A DNA stretch of 64,000 bases, taken from contig CAVZQN010000004.1 of the NCBI GenBank assembly GCA_963777505.1, forward strand, positions 1,216,001 through 1,280,000, given 5' to 3'. This stretch comes from an uncultured bacterium. GTDB lineage: Bacteria; Acidobacteriota; HRBIN11; JAKEFK01. Shown here piece after piece: positions 1-10,502 of this stretch (position 1 is the stretch's first letter; each line of letters opens with the position of its first letter). Both the position numbers and the translations under genes were made by a program. The notes beneath the pieces were generated by a model, which was not told the origin of the DNA, searched no databases, and saw only the letters and a list, made by a program, of their open reading frames with translations.

Positions 1-1725
1 AATATTCCTGTTTTTTTTATTCAAGATGCAATCAAATTCCCTGATCTCATTCATGCGGTAAAGCCGGAACCTCATAACGAAATTCCACAAGCAGCTTCAG
101 CGCATGACACATTTTGGGATTTTATTTCGCTAATGCCAGAATCCGTTCACATGATCATGTGGGCGATGTCAGATCGTGCTATTCCGCGAAGCCTCCGGAT
201 GATGGAAGGTTTCGGTGTACATACATTCCGATTAATTAATGCAAATGATGAGTCTCGTTTTGTGAAATTTCATTGGAAGCCCTTAATGGGTATGCATTCA
301 GTTTTATGGGATGAAGCTCAACAAATTTCCGGAAAGGATCCAGACTTTCATCGTCGCGATCTATTCGAAGCAATAGAAGCTGGTGATTATCCAGAGTGGG
401 AGTTTGGCGTGCAAATTGTGGAAGAGAAAGATGAACATTCTTTTGATTTTGATCTTCTCGATCCCACTAAAATAATTCCTGAAAATATAGTTCCTGTCCA
501 GCGGATCGGAAGGCTAACTCTAAATCAGAACCCAGATAACTTTTTTGCAGAGACCGAACAGGTGGCATTTCATCCAGGGCATATTGTGCCGGGTATCGAT
601 TTTACAAATGATCCACTGCTTCAAGGAAGATTGTTTTCTTATACAGATACGCAATTACTTCGATTAGGTGGGTCGAACTTTCACGAAATTCCTATCAATC
701 GTTCGACGGCGCCTGTACATAATAATCAACGCGATGGGTTCATGCGTCACACCATAAACAAAAGCAAAGCTGCCTATGAGCCGAATTCTCTGGGTGGAGG
801 ATGTCCTTTCCAGGCTGGCAAGGACATGGCGGGGTTTGTTTCCTTTCCAGAAAGAATGGATTCGCCGAAAATTCGCGAAAGAAGTAAGAGCTTTTTTGAT
901 CATTTCAGTCAGGCCCGTCTTTTTTATCTAAGTCAGACAGACATTGAAAGGAATCACATTGTGCGTGCTTTCCGTTTTGAACTAGGAAAAGTCGAAGTGC
1001 CTGATATTCGGGAAAGAATGCTTGCGATTTTGTCGCAGGTGGACACAGGTCTGGCACAACGAGTTGCGGAAGGGCTTGGTATTTCTCTTCCGGTGAATAC
1101 TGGGAAGCCTTTGAATCAAAGCGTGCCAGCGGATAAGGATATCAATGAAGTTCAACCTGGTAAGGCAAAAAATATGAAACCCTCTGCGGCGTTGAGCATC
1201 ATACTTTCCGCACCAAAAGACAATATCAAAACGCGCAAGATCGCAATTCTTGCAGCAGATGGTTGTGATGATGCGGACTTAAATACAATGGTTGATTCGC
1301 TGACAAATGCTGGTGCTAATGCAAAAATTATTGCACCAAGGCTCGGATATTTAACGACAAAAAATGGAAATCAAATCAAAATTCATTTCAGTCTGCTGAC
1401 TGCAAGTTCGGTATTGTTTGATTCCGTCTACGTTGTTGGCGGAAAATCCAGCAGTGATGCATTCAAAAGCCATCCTGCAGCACTCGAGTTCGTCTATGAA
1501 GCGTACAAGCATTGCAAAGCAATTGCAGCAACCGGTACGGGAAAGGACGTGCTTGACGCCGCACGTGTTTCCACTCAACTACCAGGAGAATCAAAATCTG
1601 CAAAAGATGAAGCCGTGATAATCGGTGCGGAAGGATCCGCTGCAAAAGTTGCGGCAAATTTCATTGATGCAATTGCAAAGCATCGAAACTGGGATCGCGA
1701 AAGGTGGCTCCAGCCGGAACGCTAA
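1..1725 (+). CDS. katE: Catalase HPII (large-subunit, clade 2), 5' part outside the window
   Basis: Frame is open from base 1 (NIPVFFIQDAIKFPDLIHAVKPEPH...). It has the heme-ligand motif RLFSYTDTQ and a C-terminal DJ-1/GATase-like domain (RKIAILAADG...SVLFDSVYVVGG). Confidence 0.96.
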   Translation, partial: NIPVFFIQDAIKFPDLIHAVKPEPHNEIPQAASAHDTFWDFISLMPESVHMIMWAMSDRAIPRSLRMMEGFGVHTFRLINANDESRFVKFHWKPLMGMHSVLWDEAQQISGKDPDFHRRDLFEAIEAGDYPEWEFGVQIVEEKDEHSFDFDLLDPTKIIPENIVPVQRIGRLTLNQNPDNFFAETEQVAFHPGHIVPGIDFTNDPLLQGRLFSYTDTQLLRLGGSNFHEIPINRSTAPVHNNQRDGFMRHTINKSKAAYEPNSLGGGCPFQAGKDMAGFVSFPERMDSPKIRERSKSFFDHFSQARLFYLSQTDIERNHIVRAFRFELGKVEVPDIRERMLAILSQVDTGLAQRVAEGLGISLPVNTGKPLNQSVPADKDINEVQPGKAKNMKPSAALSIILSAPKDNIKTRKIAILAADGCDDADLNTMVDSLTNAGANAKIIAPRLGYLTTKNGNQIKIHFSLLTASSVLFDSVYVVGGKSSSDAFKSHPAALEFVYEAYKHCKAIAATGTGKDVLDAARVSTQLPGESKSAKDEAVIIGAEGSAAKVAANFIDAIAKHRNWDRERWLQPER

Positions 1726-1738
1726 AGATACGGGTGCG

Positions 1739-2644
1739 ATGCAAGATTATGACGTAATTGTTGTTGGCGGAGGTCCCGCCGGACTGAGTGCGGCACTTGT
1801 ATTAGGACGTTGCTTACGCAAAGTACTTATTTGTGATTCTGGTCAACCTCGAAATGCTGCAAGCCATGCTCTGCATGGCTATCTAACACGGGACAACACT
1901 TCTCCCGGTGAATTCTTAAATATTGCTCGTAGCCAGTTTGAACCGTACAAAACGGTCACCTATCTTGCTACCGAAGTAATCAATGTACTCGTAATCAAAA
2001 CAGGATTTGAAGTGGTTTTGAAGGATCAAACTCGAAAGTCATGCCGCAAATTATTATTAGCGACTGGAGTTGTAGATAATTTGCCTGAATTTGCTGGCTT
2101 TGAAGGACTTTATGGGAGTTCGATTTTTCACTGTCCTTATTGCGATGCATGGGAATTTAGGGGACGACCAATCGTTGTTTATGGAAATGGTAGTAGAGGG
2201 CATGCCTTATCACTGGACCTAAAAAATTGGACGAATCAGGTTACGCTCTGTACAGATGGTCCTGCGGAATTATCTGCTGAGGAAAAGTTAGATCTGGAAA
2301 AGCACTCTATTAGAATTTTAGAAGATAAGATTGCCAGCATTCAGTCAAGTCAATCAAAGATTCAAAAGATACTTTTCACTAATGGCAATACGCTCGATTT
2401 TTCTGCAATGTTTTTCACTCTTGGTCAAAGACAGCGCTCGAATCTTCCAGAACAATTGGGCTGTGAATTCAGCGAAAAAGGAGCGGTCAAAACGGATTCC
2501 TACCAAGTCAGTTGTGTTCCAAACTTGTATGTTGCTGGAGATGCTTCTGAAGAACTGCAATTGGTGATCGTTGCTGCCGCAGAAGGAGCGAAGGCTGCAT
2601 TTGCAATTAACAAAAGTATACTTAAAGAAGATCTCCACTCGTGA
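1739..2644 (+). CDS. NAD(P)/FAD-dependent oxidoreductase, thioredoxin-reductase-like
   Basis: Motifs DVIVVGGGPAGLSAA, HCPYCD (CxxC) and LYVAGDA. Start placed at ATG 1739, just after the katE stop. Confidence 0.9.
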   Translation: MQDYDVIVVGGGPAGLSAALVLGRCLRKVLICDSGQPRNAASHALHGYLTRDNTSPGEFLNIARSQFEPYKTVTYLATEVINVLVIKTGFEVVLKDQTRKSCRKLLLATGVVDNLPEFAGFEGLYGSSIFHCPYCDAWEFRGRPIVVYGNGSRGHALSLDLKNWTNQVTLCTDGPAELSAEEKLDLEKHSIRILEDKIASIQSSQSKIQKILFTNGNTLDFSAMFFTLGQRQRSNLPEQLGCEFSEKGAVKTDSYQVSCVPNLYVAGDASEELQLVIVAAAEGAKAAFAINKSILKEDLHS

Positions 2645-2646
2645 AC

Positions 2647-3522
2647 TCATGGATTCATCCAATCCAGTATCGCGCCGGCCCAGGGTATTTCCGCAAAGAG
2701 TAAGACAAGGAAATACGAAATAATATAGAGTGCTTTGAACACTTTTTGATCTGGATTACATTGCGCGAGTCCCATCACTAATAAGAGCCATCCGAAACCT
2801 GCAACAGGAGCAAAGGGATAAGTCGCAAGGCAAAACAACAAGAGTGCGATGTGACGTGGACGCTCGAAACGTCTTGCTCCGGGAAGTAGAAATAAAATCG
2901 CAACAACTGATTCCAGAAAAAGCGCTCCCCATGTTGCCGCAAAAGCAAAAGCGCGCAGACGCGGCGGCTCAATCAATTGCGGAGGATCCAAAAGTTCTGC
3001 TCCTTCCGGAAGCGGAAGCAGGTATTCTCTATTCTCTCTTAATTCTTGCTTGGTAAGTCCTCCAATTAACATTGAAGTAGCTGCAAAACGTTCATCCGTT
3101 AGTAGAGTTACTCTGAAGAATCGGCCATCAATATAGTCTGGCGAGAGTATCGATTTCCAAAGAACAGCAAGCGCAAAAGCAAAAGCAATCAGATATTTAC
3201 TTCCCGATTTTATGGTGACATCGGGAAGTGGTGATCGAAGCGAAAAAAATAATAACAAACACCAATACGCTAGCAAATAAATGTGGTTGTCGGGAGTTGG
3301 CCAATCCAACATGATTCGCGTTCCTATTAAGGCAAATAGGATCAGCCACAAAAGTGGTGAGCGAAGGAGTGAAGTAAAGATAATTCCCGCACACGCTAAA
3401 AGGAGAATAAAAGGAAGGACCGTCCATGGTCCGGCAGGGCGAAGGATAATTTCAATCAATGTAAGACGCAGAAGGATGTCCCAGTGATTAATATTTGTAA
3501 TTGGCCGTATCCAGGAAAGCAT
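2647..3522 (-). CDS. HTTM-like polytopic membrane protein
   Basis: Many TM helices with DNHIYLLAYW and WKSILSPDYIDG motifs resembling the HTTM/vitamin-K-dependent-carboxylase-like family. Confidence 0.55.
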   Translation of the reverse strand: MLSWIRPITNINHWDILLRLTLIEIILRPAGPWTVLPFILLLACAGIIFTSLLRSPLLWLILFALIGTRIMLDWPTPDNHIYLLAYWCLLLFFSLRSPLPDVTIKSGSKYLIAFAFALAVLWKSILSPDYIDGRFFRVTLLTDERFAATSMLIGGLTKQELRENREYLLPLPEGAELLDPPQLIEPPRLRAFAFAATWGALFLESVVAILFLLPGARRFERPRHIALLLFCLATYPFAPVAGFGWLLLVMGLAQCNPDQKVFKALYIISYFLVLLFAEIPWAGAILDWMNP

Positions 3523-3528
3523 TCTTTA

Positions 3529-3960
3529 TTAATTGTGAGGGTAAGAATATTTGCGGATAATCCTGCCTTTAGGTTGCAGGGAGTGTATGTCAAATTCCAG
3601 ACGCCACACATCGATTTCAATTTTTTCAACGGGTAAATTGCGTTTCCGCTGATCCTTCAATATTCCTTCTGCGAGTTTGTCCAGAAACCAGTGGGAAGGG
3701 AACATTTGTGCGGACACTGCAAGATCTTCAAGGTTACCCTTTAGGAGCAATTCTTCGGAGCGTTCAGGAGCGCTAACATATACGCGCAGAGTCCGGAACA
3801 TATTCGCATCCGTCGTGGAAAACATTCCAAAACCGCCACCTTTCCAGGGGGTTAGATCTTTTGTAAACGCGAGGTTGATTTGAATCCCCGCGACAATCAA
3901 AAGTAGAACGACGGGAATCAAGGCATATCGGGTTGCCGCCCCTTTTGGGTTCTCCATCAT
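3529..3960 (-). CDS. Hypothetical membrane-anchored protein, partner of the HTTM-like gene
   Basis: One N-terminal TM helix and a TPWKGGGFGMFST motif; 6 bp from the next gene. Start uncertain (3978 or 3960). Confidence 0.6.
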   Translation of the reverse strand: MMENPKGAATRYALIPVVLLLIVAGIQINLAFTKDLTPWKGGGFGMFSTTDANMFRTLRVYVSAPERSEELLLKGNLEDLAVSAQMFPSHWFLDKLAEGILKDQRKRNLPVEKIEIDVWRLEFDIHSLQPKGRIIRKYSYPHN

Positions 3961-4013
3961 CAAAAATGTCCCATTCAATTGTCCAATATAGCTGATTTAG
4001 ATGGAAGGCGAAC

Positions 4014-4030
4014 TACGACTAAAGTCCAAT
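4014..4030. promoter_or_regulatory. DosR-box-like site, degenerate copy (TACGACT-AA-AGTCCAAT)
   Basis: Shares GACTAAAGTCCAAT with the palindrome at 58141. Lies in the divergent intergenic region before the sensor kinase. Confidence 0.5.
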
Positions 4031-4116
4031 TGTTCAACGTCATTAGAACTAATACAGTATCAGAATGAATTCAGCGATCGGGAGCTTTATGTGTTGTATC
4101 GCTGAGTAACCGAAAC

Positions 4117-5322
4117 TTGGGGATGTTTAGGGTTGGAGAGTGCAGCGTGAACCTGAACAGAGTTATTCCATTCAATCCGATGTCTTTTTCGGCCGAAGCT
4201 TTTATTTCACCTACAGAAGGGAAACGTCCGGAAAATAAACGCGTGCGTAATCAGCTAAAGAGACTTCTCGTTTTTCATACAGCAATAAGAATTCTACACA
4301 ATCCGAAATCATCCATTCCGGATATGCTGCGTGAATTGGTTTCCATCCTGCCCGGCGCTTGTCAATATCCAGAAATCTGTGGAGCACGGATTCAGATTGA
4401 TGATTTTGATTTTGTTTCCAAAGATTTCATTAATACTCCATGGGTGTTCACAGCCCATTTTGATTTGACGAATAAAAAACATGGAATCGTTGAGATCATC
4501 TATCGGAAGAAGAAATCCTTTTTATCGCAGGAGCGTGAACTCATTGGTTCATTTGCGGAATTGCTTTCTTTTGCGCTGGATCGCCGTAATGCACAAGAAG
4601 CACTTCGAGAAAAAGAGACTGCTTTACAGTCCAGTAACGAATACATTCGCGATCTTTCGGACAGGCTGATTCATGCCCAAGAAACGGAACGATCAAGGAT
4701 CGCAAGAAATCTACACGACAACATCAATCAACAGGTCGCAGCACTGGCGATTTCTTTAAGCAGCATCAGGAGAAGGCTAAACACTCCTGAAAGTGAAATA
4801 TCGCAAGAATTTATTACACTTCAAGAGAGAATTTTTGAAATTGCAAAAGGTATCCGGAACGTATCACATGAACTGCATCCCGGAATTCTTGAACGTTTAG
4901 GGCTTATTGAAGCAATACGAAGTCAATGCACTGAACTCTCAAGCCTGCATGCGATTAAAGCTGAAGTCAGCCGATCGGGAGATGTGGATCATATTCCAAG
5001 GCAAGTCGCTTTGTGTGTATACCGCATGGTACAAGAAGCGCTCCATAACGTTGTCAGCCATTCTGCAGCCACACTTGTAAACGTCCGCCTCAAGTCTTGT
5101 TCAAAATCGCTGGATTTGATGATCGTGGATAACGGACAGGGATTTCAGTTGGATGAATCCAAGAAAAAGGGAGGACTCGGTTTGATCAGTTTGGAAGAGC
5201 GTGTACGACTCCTACAAGGAGAATTTAGCATTGATAGTGAAATCGGAAATGGAACCACCTTGCATGTGTCAATTCCATTAAGACCCAACAATATGCTTCA
5301 CTGGAAAAGACCTTTGACTTGA
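4117..5322 (+). CDS. Sensor histidine kinase, NarX/HisKA_3 type
   Basis: H-box QETERSRIARNLHDNINQ, N-box YRMVQEALHNV, DNGQGF and GLGL G-boxes. Start uncertain. Confidence 0.9.
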   Translation: MGMFRVGECSVNLNRVIPFNPMSFSAEAFISPTEGKRPENKRVRNQLKRLLVFHTAIRILHNPKSSIPDMLRELVSILPGACQYPEICGARIQIDDFDFVSKDFINTPWVFTAHFDLTNKKHGIVEIIYRKKKSFLSQERELIGSFAELLSFALDRRNAQEALREKETALQSSNEYIRDLSDRLIHAQETERSRIARNLHDNINQQVAALAISLSSIRRRLNTPESEISQEFITLQERIFEIAKGIRNVSHELHPGILERLGLIEAIRSQCTELSSLHAIKAEVSRSGDVDHIPRQVALCVYRMVQEALHNVVSHSAATLVNVRLKSCSKSLDLMIVDNGQGFQLDESKKKGGLGLISLEERVRLLQGEFSIDSEIGNGTTLHVSIPLRPNNMLHWKRPLT

Positions 5323-5341
5323 AATCAACGGAGAGGGACGA

Positions 5342-5986
5342 ATGGATCGAACAAAGATATTGATTGCTGATGATCATACGATTGTCGCTCAAGGTTTAAG
5401 CAATCTTTTGAAAGACCACTATGAAGTTGTCGGAATTGTGGCTGACGGAAGAGAATTGATTAAAGTGGCCCGCGAAGTTAAACCCGATATCATTGTGACA
5501 GATGTTTCGATGCCTTTATTAAACGGCATTGATGCCTTGCATCAGTTAAGAAAAGAAGGAGTCAAGTCTGCGGTTATTTTTCTTACGATGCATGCGGAGT
5601 CGCATTTAGTTCAAGAGGCTATCAAGGAAGGGGCTGCTGCCTATCTCCTGAAAGAGGCTGCTGGAGAGGAATTAATTCTGGCCATTCAGGAAGTACAAAA
5701 AGGGAATATTTATCTTTCTCCATCGATTACCAAAGCTGCTCTTGGCAAATTAAATGAATTAGAAAAAAATCCTGCCTCTAAGTTGACACACCGTCAACGC
5801 CAAGTTTTACGTCTTTTATCTGAAGGACACAGTATGAAGGAAGCTGCAGCCATACTGAATATTTCTGCTCGCACCGTTGAAACATATAAATATGAAATGA
5901 TGCGATCTCTGGGAATAAAAACGTCAGCCGAATTAATCCGATTTGCTGTGCAGGCCGGACTGGCTGATGAATCAATTCGCTCTTGA
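5342..5986 (+). CDS. NarL/LuxR-family response regulator
   Basis: Receiver domain (ILIADDH...DVSMP) plus LuxR HTH (LTHRQRQVLRLLSEGHSMKEAA...ISARTVETY). Confidence 0.95.
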   Translation: MDRTKILIADDHTIVAQGLSNLLKDHYEVVGIVADGRELIKVAREVKPDIIVTDVSMPLLNGIDALHQLRKEGVKSAVIFLTMHAESHLVQEAIKEGAAAYLLKEAAGEELILAIQEVQKGNIYLSPSITKAALGKLNELEKNPASKLTHRQRQVLRLLSEGHSMKEAAAILNISARTVETYKYEMMRSLGIKTSAELIRFAVQAGLADESIRS

Positions 5987-6010
5987 ATTGTTCATCATTT
6001 TGTTCTGCAA

Positions 6011-6835
6011 TCAATGACCGCCAGGATAAATCAACGAAACAATGAAACGAATCGTGTCGGCAGCGGCACCAGAAGGATGTTCAACATTGCGATAATACTG
6101 GATGCCCACAGTCATTGGCCTTTTTGCCAGAACGGTAGTGCGTGAAATTCCAATCCCCACCGGCACGGTCCATTCTTCACCATCCGGCGCGTCCCAGTTT
6201 GCAGTGATTGAGGGTCCAGTTGTGATCGCCCAGCCCTTTCCGAAGTTATAATTCACAAAATACTGAATTAGGAGTTGATTCACTTCCGGATCATCACCTT
6301 CATCTGAAAAAGTCCAAAGTTGGTTTGCCAGCACCCCAAGCACCCATGGGCCGGTCATTTTTAAAAGAAGGGCGTTTGGACCTGCTGCCCAGGAGCCTGT
6401 GCGCGAAACATCAGCAGTGGCTGTTGGAAGAGAAAAAATCGGGCCAAAGCCCCAAATGATTCCTCCGGGTTTTGAAGGAGAAAGAAAAAGCTGTTCTTGT
6501 ATATCGCCGATTCCGCTGGATCGAAGTTCTTCCACGGGAATACTTACAACAGGAACAATTGTACGAGCGATCAAATTCCAGTCTTCCGAGACTTTGAAAG
6601 GAATGACTGGTTGGATATTCAAATTAAAGAATGTCTTATCTTCAAACCCTCCGCCTGAATTGAAATTGAATTGAAATGGAATCGAAACGATATTGCTAAC
6701 GGGGTTTTGAGTCGCCTTTGCAAGATCACTAGCATCATGCGGCGGTGTCTCTTGTGTTTGCGATTGACAAAGGTTTGTGAACAAAAACAGCAACACTACA
6801 AGTGATGCGCGTCCAAACAATCGATTCCATTTCAT
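6011..6835 (-). CDS. Putative outer-membrane beta-barrel/transporter protein (QNPV family)
   Basis: Signal peptide, LAKATQNPVSNIVSIPFQ and LNIQPVIP motifs, amphipathic beta-strand pattern. Confidence 0.7.
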   Translation of the reverse strand: MKWNRLFGRASLVVLLFLFTNLCQSQTQETPPHDASDLAKATQNPVSNIVSIPFQFNFNSGGGFEDKTFFNLNIQPVIPFKVSEDWNLIARTIVPVVSIPVEELRSSGIGDIQEQLFLSPSKPGGIIWGFGPIFSLPTATADVSRTGSWAAGPNALLLKMTGPWVLGVLANQLWTFSDEGDDPEVNQLLIQYFVNYNFGKGWAITTGPSITANWDAPDGEEWTVPVGIGISRTTVLAKRPMTVGIQYYRNVEHPSGAAADTIRFIVSLIYPGGH

Positions 6836-6852
6836 AATAAATCCTTAATTTC

Positions 6853-8043
6853 TTACACTAAAATTTTGAACACACGGTTAATCATCTCCGATAACGGCAT
6901 CATCGTTAAAAGTAGCGGCAGAAATGGAACCACAAGAAAAGCTGTTAGCAAAAGAATTCCCCTAGTACCGATTGGGAATAGACGCATCTGTCGCGCAACT
7001 TCAAAGCTGCTGTTTAGATCGGCCAGTGATTGAATGTCAGAACTCCCCAGAAAATCTTCTTTGGTCTTCGCGTTATCGGATAACCATTTTTCTTGAAAGG
7101 CTTCCACATATTGACTGGCTTTAATACTGTACGCGATCCATTCTCTACGTCTGGCAGCCGCCATTTGCGTTACAAAGAAGAACTGCGAGATCATCACGGT
7201 AAGAATGAGAAATCCGATAAGAGACAGGATTTCAAATCTAAATTGCGGCAGTACGGCACCTTCATACAAAATTCGATTAGCAATCTCGCCAACTTGCACG
7301 GCTATGATTGCTAAGAGCACAGGAACAAAAGCAAATATGCTGTATCCAACGAACCAGAGCCCGCCTGTGTTATCTGGATGAAGAGCATTAATCCGTAGCG
7401 GAATGCGCGATACTTGCCACAGGAATCGATGCCAGATGATGAGCCGAAACAACCATCGAATTAATAGAAATCGGAAAAGAGATAAACTGATTGACGCATA
7501 CCACCAACCCACAGGAGTAAGCTGTTTGGCTGTTAATCCACCATCACTAAACCAGGTCGGTACCTCCAAAGCAATGTGAATCCTCCACAGATACTGGCCC
7601 AGAGCAAAGGATAACAGTAGTAGAAAAACCTCTGCGATTTTTGAGTTTCTCCAACGAAGCGCGGTAGCAACAGCGGCCTCAAAGCGAGGTAAATTATCTT
7701 TGGTGATCAATCCTTGTTTTGGAAAATGGCCGACCGTTTCTTCTATCCGCCGATGAACGAGAAGGTCGGCGAAGAGCAGTAAAGGCAGCGAGATCAGAAA
7801 TGTAATCTGTGTCTCAATGTCTTTCAGGAATGGTAAATGCACTCCTCCCATCGCTTTGCCTGTAAACAAAGTGGATAGAAAAAGCGGCAGCCAGCAAATT
7901 GCAAGAAAAGCTATAATGCGGCGATGCAAATATTCCAATGGCGGTCTTGCAAGACGTGTACTCAGATAGAGTTGGTACAAAGGTCCGCCAAGTGCGAGTG
8001 AAAAGTCGGTTGCTTCGGCAGGTTCTTTGAATTCTTTTTTCAT
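6853..8043 (-). CDS. Conserved hypothetical membrane protein
   Basis: Multiple TM segments with FSLALGGPLYQL, HPDNTGGL and LGSSDIQSLADL motifs. Confidence 0.75.
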   Translation of the reverse strand: MKKEFKEPAEATDFSLALGGPLYQLYLSTRLARPPLEYLHRRIIAFLAICWLPLFLSTLFTGKAMGGVHLPFLKDIETQITFLISLPLLLFADLLVHRRIEETVGHFPKQGLITKDNLPRFEAAVATALRWRNSKIAEVFLLLLSFALGQYLWRIHIALEVPTWFSDGGLTAKQLTPVGWWYASISLSLFRFLLIRWLFRLIIWHRFLWQVSRIPLRINALHPDNTGGLWFVGYSIFAFVPVLLAIIAVQVGEIANRILYEGAVLPQFRFEILSLIGFLILTVMISQFFFVTQMAAARRREWIAYSIKASQYVEAFQEKWLSDNAKTKEDFLGSSDIQSLADLNSSFEVARQMRLFPIGTRGILLLTAFLVVPFLPLLLTMMPLSEMINRVFKILV

Positions 8044-8077
8044 ACTAGATTATTTAACCTTAGTTGAAGATGTTTTT

Positions 8078-9424
8078 TTAGCTCACTTTATTTACGACTG
8101 GCGGTTCCCACGTGCCGTCGGCGACCTCTTTTTTGGGAGCATAGAGACGCAAGGCCAGCTTAAATTCTGCATTGTTCGGGGCCGGCAACCAATTGCTCTC
8201 TTTATTTTTTCCCGGCGAATCACTCTGGATGTAAATAGTCAGCGATCCATCGTCACCGAACTTCATACCGCTGCGGTCGCCAAGGGCGTAACGGTTGATC
8301 GGATTATCGACTAGATACGCATCCTTGTCGTACATCGTTAGCGACCAGAACGCATTCACCGGTGGGATGTCTTCTTTTTTAAATTGGAGTGTGTACTTGT
8401 TCGCTCCGTTAAATGGCTTGCCATCGCGGTCTTTTTCTCCGAACGGATAAACCGCGTCCTCAGGCAAATTTCCTCCAACTCCATAAAACGTCCAACCCGC
8501 TCGATACGCATATTTTTTTCCATAGCGTCCCATATCAAGTGCGATCTGCCAACCGTTAACAATTTCGCCGCGGTCCGTTTCTTTCATGACTTTAATCCCG
8601 GTAGCTATACCTTGTTCGACCGCGTTGCGCACTTCGGGACTAAAGGCTTCCATGCTGAACTTCTTGCCAGGTCCGATTCCAAGTTTTGCGATCCGCTCCA
8701 TCATCTCCGGATCATCCGGCTCTGGCGGATTCTTCATTAGCAGGCGATTCAAACGATTGAAAAAATCCTCAGGACTCATTTTCAGCACCTGAGTTGGGAC
8801 CGGTGTCTTAGCGTCCACCCCTTCTTTGAGCGGCACGTTTTCGGGAGGCGTATAATCTTTTCCCCATTGTGACAATGGTACAAGTTTGTATTTGTCTTGG
8901 ATTGAGTGAACAGCGTCGTAATCTTTCGGGCCGCCTGTGTAGGTTCTGCCGCCAATTAATGCAAGATTTGTCGGCATCCGCAATTCAGTTACACCTGCAG
9001 GAAGTGTTCCTTTCCAATCCGGACCGACGATTGCGAAGTTGCCGCCTTTACTTCCAACGTTTCGTGATCCGGGCGCATGCGGAACGTTATTCCACGCATC
9101 GATGAGCTGCATAATCCAAAAGCGGTTTCCCATTTCGGGAATTGATAATACAAACGGCTCTTGGGAGAGATCGAAGTTCGCAAGCGAATAAAGCGTGTCA
9201 ACATTGAAGCCAACCACTGCTTTGTTCGAAGCGTCCGGGAATTCGCGATAATGTACGAATTGGTTAATCGGTGCGTGACCTTTCTCCACTTTCGGCACCT
9301 GACACATCGTGTCGATCTGCAATTCGATGTATACCAGAGTCATGCCAAAAATCCATGCGTCCTGTGCGATGGCTTTTGCCTCATCCGGAGAAATCTGCCT
9401 GTTTATTTGCTCGTTTGCGTTCAT
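8078..9424 (-). CDS. DUF1254/DUF1214 domain protein
   Basis: NVDTLYS (DUF1254) and PPVNAFWSLTMY...NWLPAP...LRLYAP (DUF1214) motifs. Confidence 0.92.
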   Translation of the reverse strand: MNANEQINRQISPDEAKAIAQDAWIFGMTLVYIELQIDTMCQVPKVEKGHAPINQFVHYREFPDASNKAVVGFNVDTLYSLANFDLSQEPFVLSIPEMGNRFWIMQLIDAWNNVPHAPGSRNVGSKGGNFAIVGPDWKGTLPAGVTELRMPTNLALIGGRTYTGGPKDYDAVHSIQDKYKLVPLSQWGKDYTPPENVPLKEGVDAKTPVPTQVLKMSPEDFFNRLNRLLMKNPPEPDDPEMMERIAKLGIGPGKKFSMEAFSPEVRNAVEQGIATGIKVMKETDRGEIVNGWQIALDMGRYGKKYAYRAGWTFYGVGGNLPEDAVYPFGEKDRDGKPFNGANKYTLQFKKEDIPPVNAFWSLTMYDKDAYLVDNPINRYALGDRSGMKFGDDGSLTIYIQSDSPGKNKESNWLPAPNNAEFKLALRLYAPKKEVADGTWEPPVVNKVS

Positions 9425-9500
9425 TATTACTCTCTTTTGATTTCAGACCAAGTTAATTAGAATATTTTTTAGAATTTAAAATTAGAAGAAATTCTATGCA

Positions 9501-10433
9501 CTAATCAGATGGAAATAAATTTTTCCAGTCTTTTTTCATATCGGCAAGCAACCAGCCATAACCGGCAGCTTCATCCAATCCTTTGTCCAATTGTCCGCTT
9601 AATACATGTTGACGATCGTACGCATACTCACGCTCTGCATCCGTGTGATGAACAATCAAACCAAATGAGGGTTTTTTGTCAGGACGGTTTATGGTTGTCC
9701 ACATGAGCATTTCGCGATCACCGTCTGAATTTCCAAAACAAGCAATCGGACGGCGTCCAATAAATTTATTGATTGCCGCCGGCTTTCCTGCCTTATCATC
9801 AAAAAAATCCAGTTCAGGATCACGCATCAAAACTGGAGTGCCTTCGCGCATTTCGAAATGTGTTTTGATTGTAGATCCGATGACTTGTTGCGGCGGAATG
9901 CCATAGACTTCTTCTGCAAAGACGCGCATAAATTCAACGCCGCCTCCGGAAACGATAAAAGTTATGAATCGATTCGCGCGTAGATATTCCAGAACTTCGA
10001 GCATCGGTTGGTAGACTGCTTTCGTAAATGGAATTCCTAACTTCGGATGTTTCGCTGTTTTCAACCAATCGCGAACGATTGCATTAAATTCTTCGGTTGT
10101 CATTCCTGCATGCGTCGCCATTGCAAGTTCTGCAATTCCTTTGATGCCCGTTGCCATTACGGCTTTCATGTCTCCTGCAAGTTTCGATTTGAATGGCTCA
10201 GTTGTTTTCCATTCCGGATGCTGGGGAAGAAGTGCTTTCAGACGATCATCTGCGAAAAACGCTTGAACTGGCACAGGCATTTCGCACCACAATGTTCCAT
10301 CGTTATCGAATACTGCAATACGCTCATTTTCCGGTACATATTCAGGTCCATTTTGAGTTGTAACCCGTTTCACAAAATCTAAGATCGCTTCTTTTGTTTT
10401 ACTGTCGTTCCATGACTGAAGAAACTCCGACAT
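9501..10433 (-). CDS. HAD-family hydrolase (cytoplasmic)
   Basis: AVFDNDGTLWCE, IVSGGG and FGNSDGD motifs. Start placed at ATG 10433, after the terminator-like hairpin. Confidence 0.92.
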   Translation of the reverse strand: MSEFLQSWNDSKTKEAILDFVKRVTTQNGPEYVPENERIAVFDNDGTLWCEMPVPVQAFFADDRLKALLPQHPEWKTTEPFKSKLAGDMKAVMATGIKGIAELAMATHAGMTTEEFNAIVRDWLKTAKHPKLGIPFTKAVYQPMLEVLEYLRANRFITFIVSGGGVEFMRVFAEEVYGIPPQQVIGSTIKTHFEMREGTPVLMRDPELDFFDDKAGKPAAINKFIGRRPIACFGNSDGDREMLMWTTINRPDKKPSFGLIVHHTDAEREYAYDRQHVLSGQLDKGLDEAAGYGWLLADMKKDWKNLFPSD

Positions 10434-10453
10434 AACGATTCCTCGATGAAGGT

Positions 10454-10487
10454 AAAAACCGGGCGACGAAGTTAGATCGACGCCCGG
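10454..10487 (-). terminator. Rho-independent terminator/attenuator after the sulfatase
   Basis: Minus strand reads CCGGGCGTCGA...TCGTCGCCCGG followed by TTTTT. Confidence 0.65.
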
Positions 10488-10502
10488 GATCATGATTAAA
10501 AA

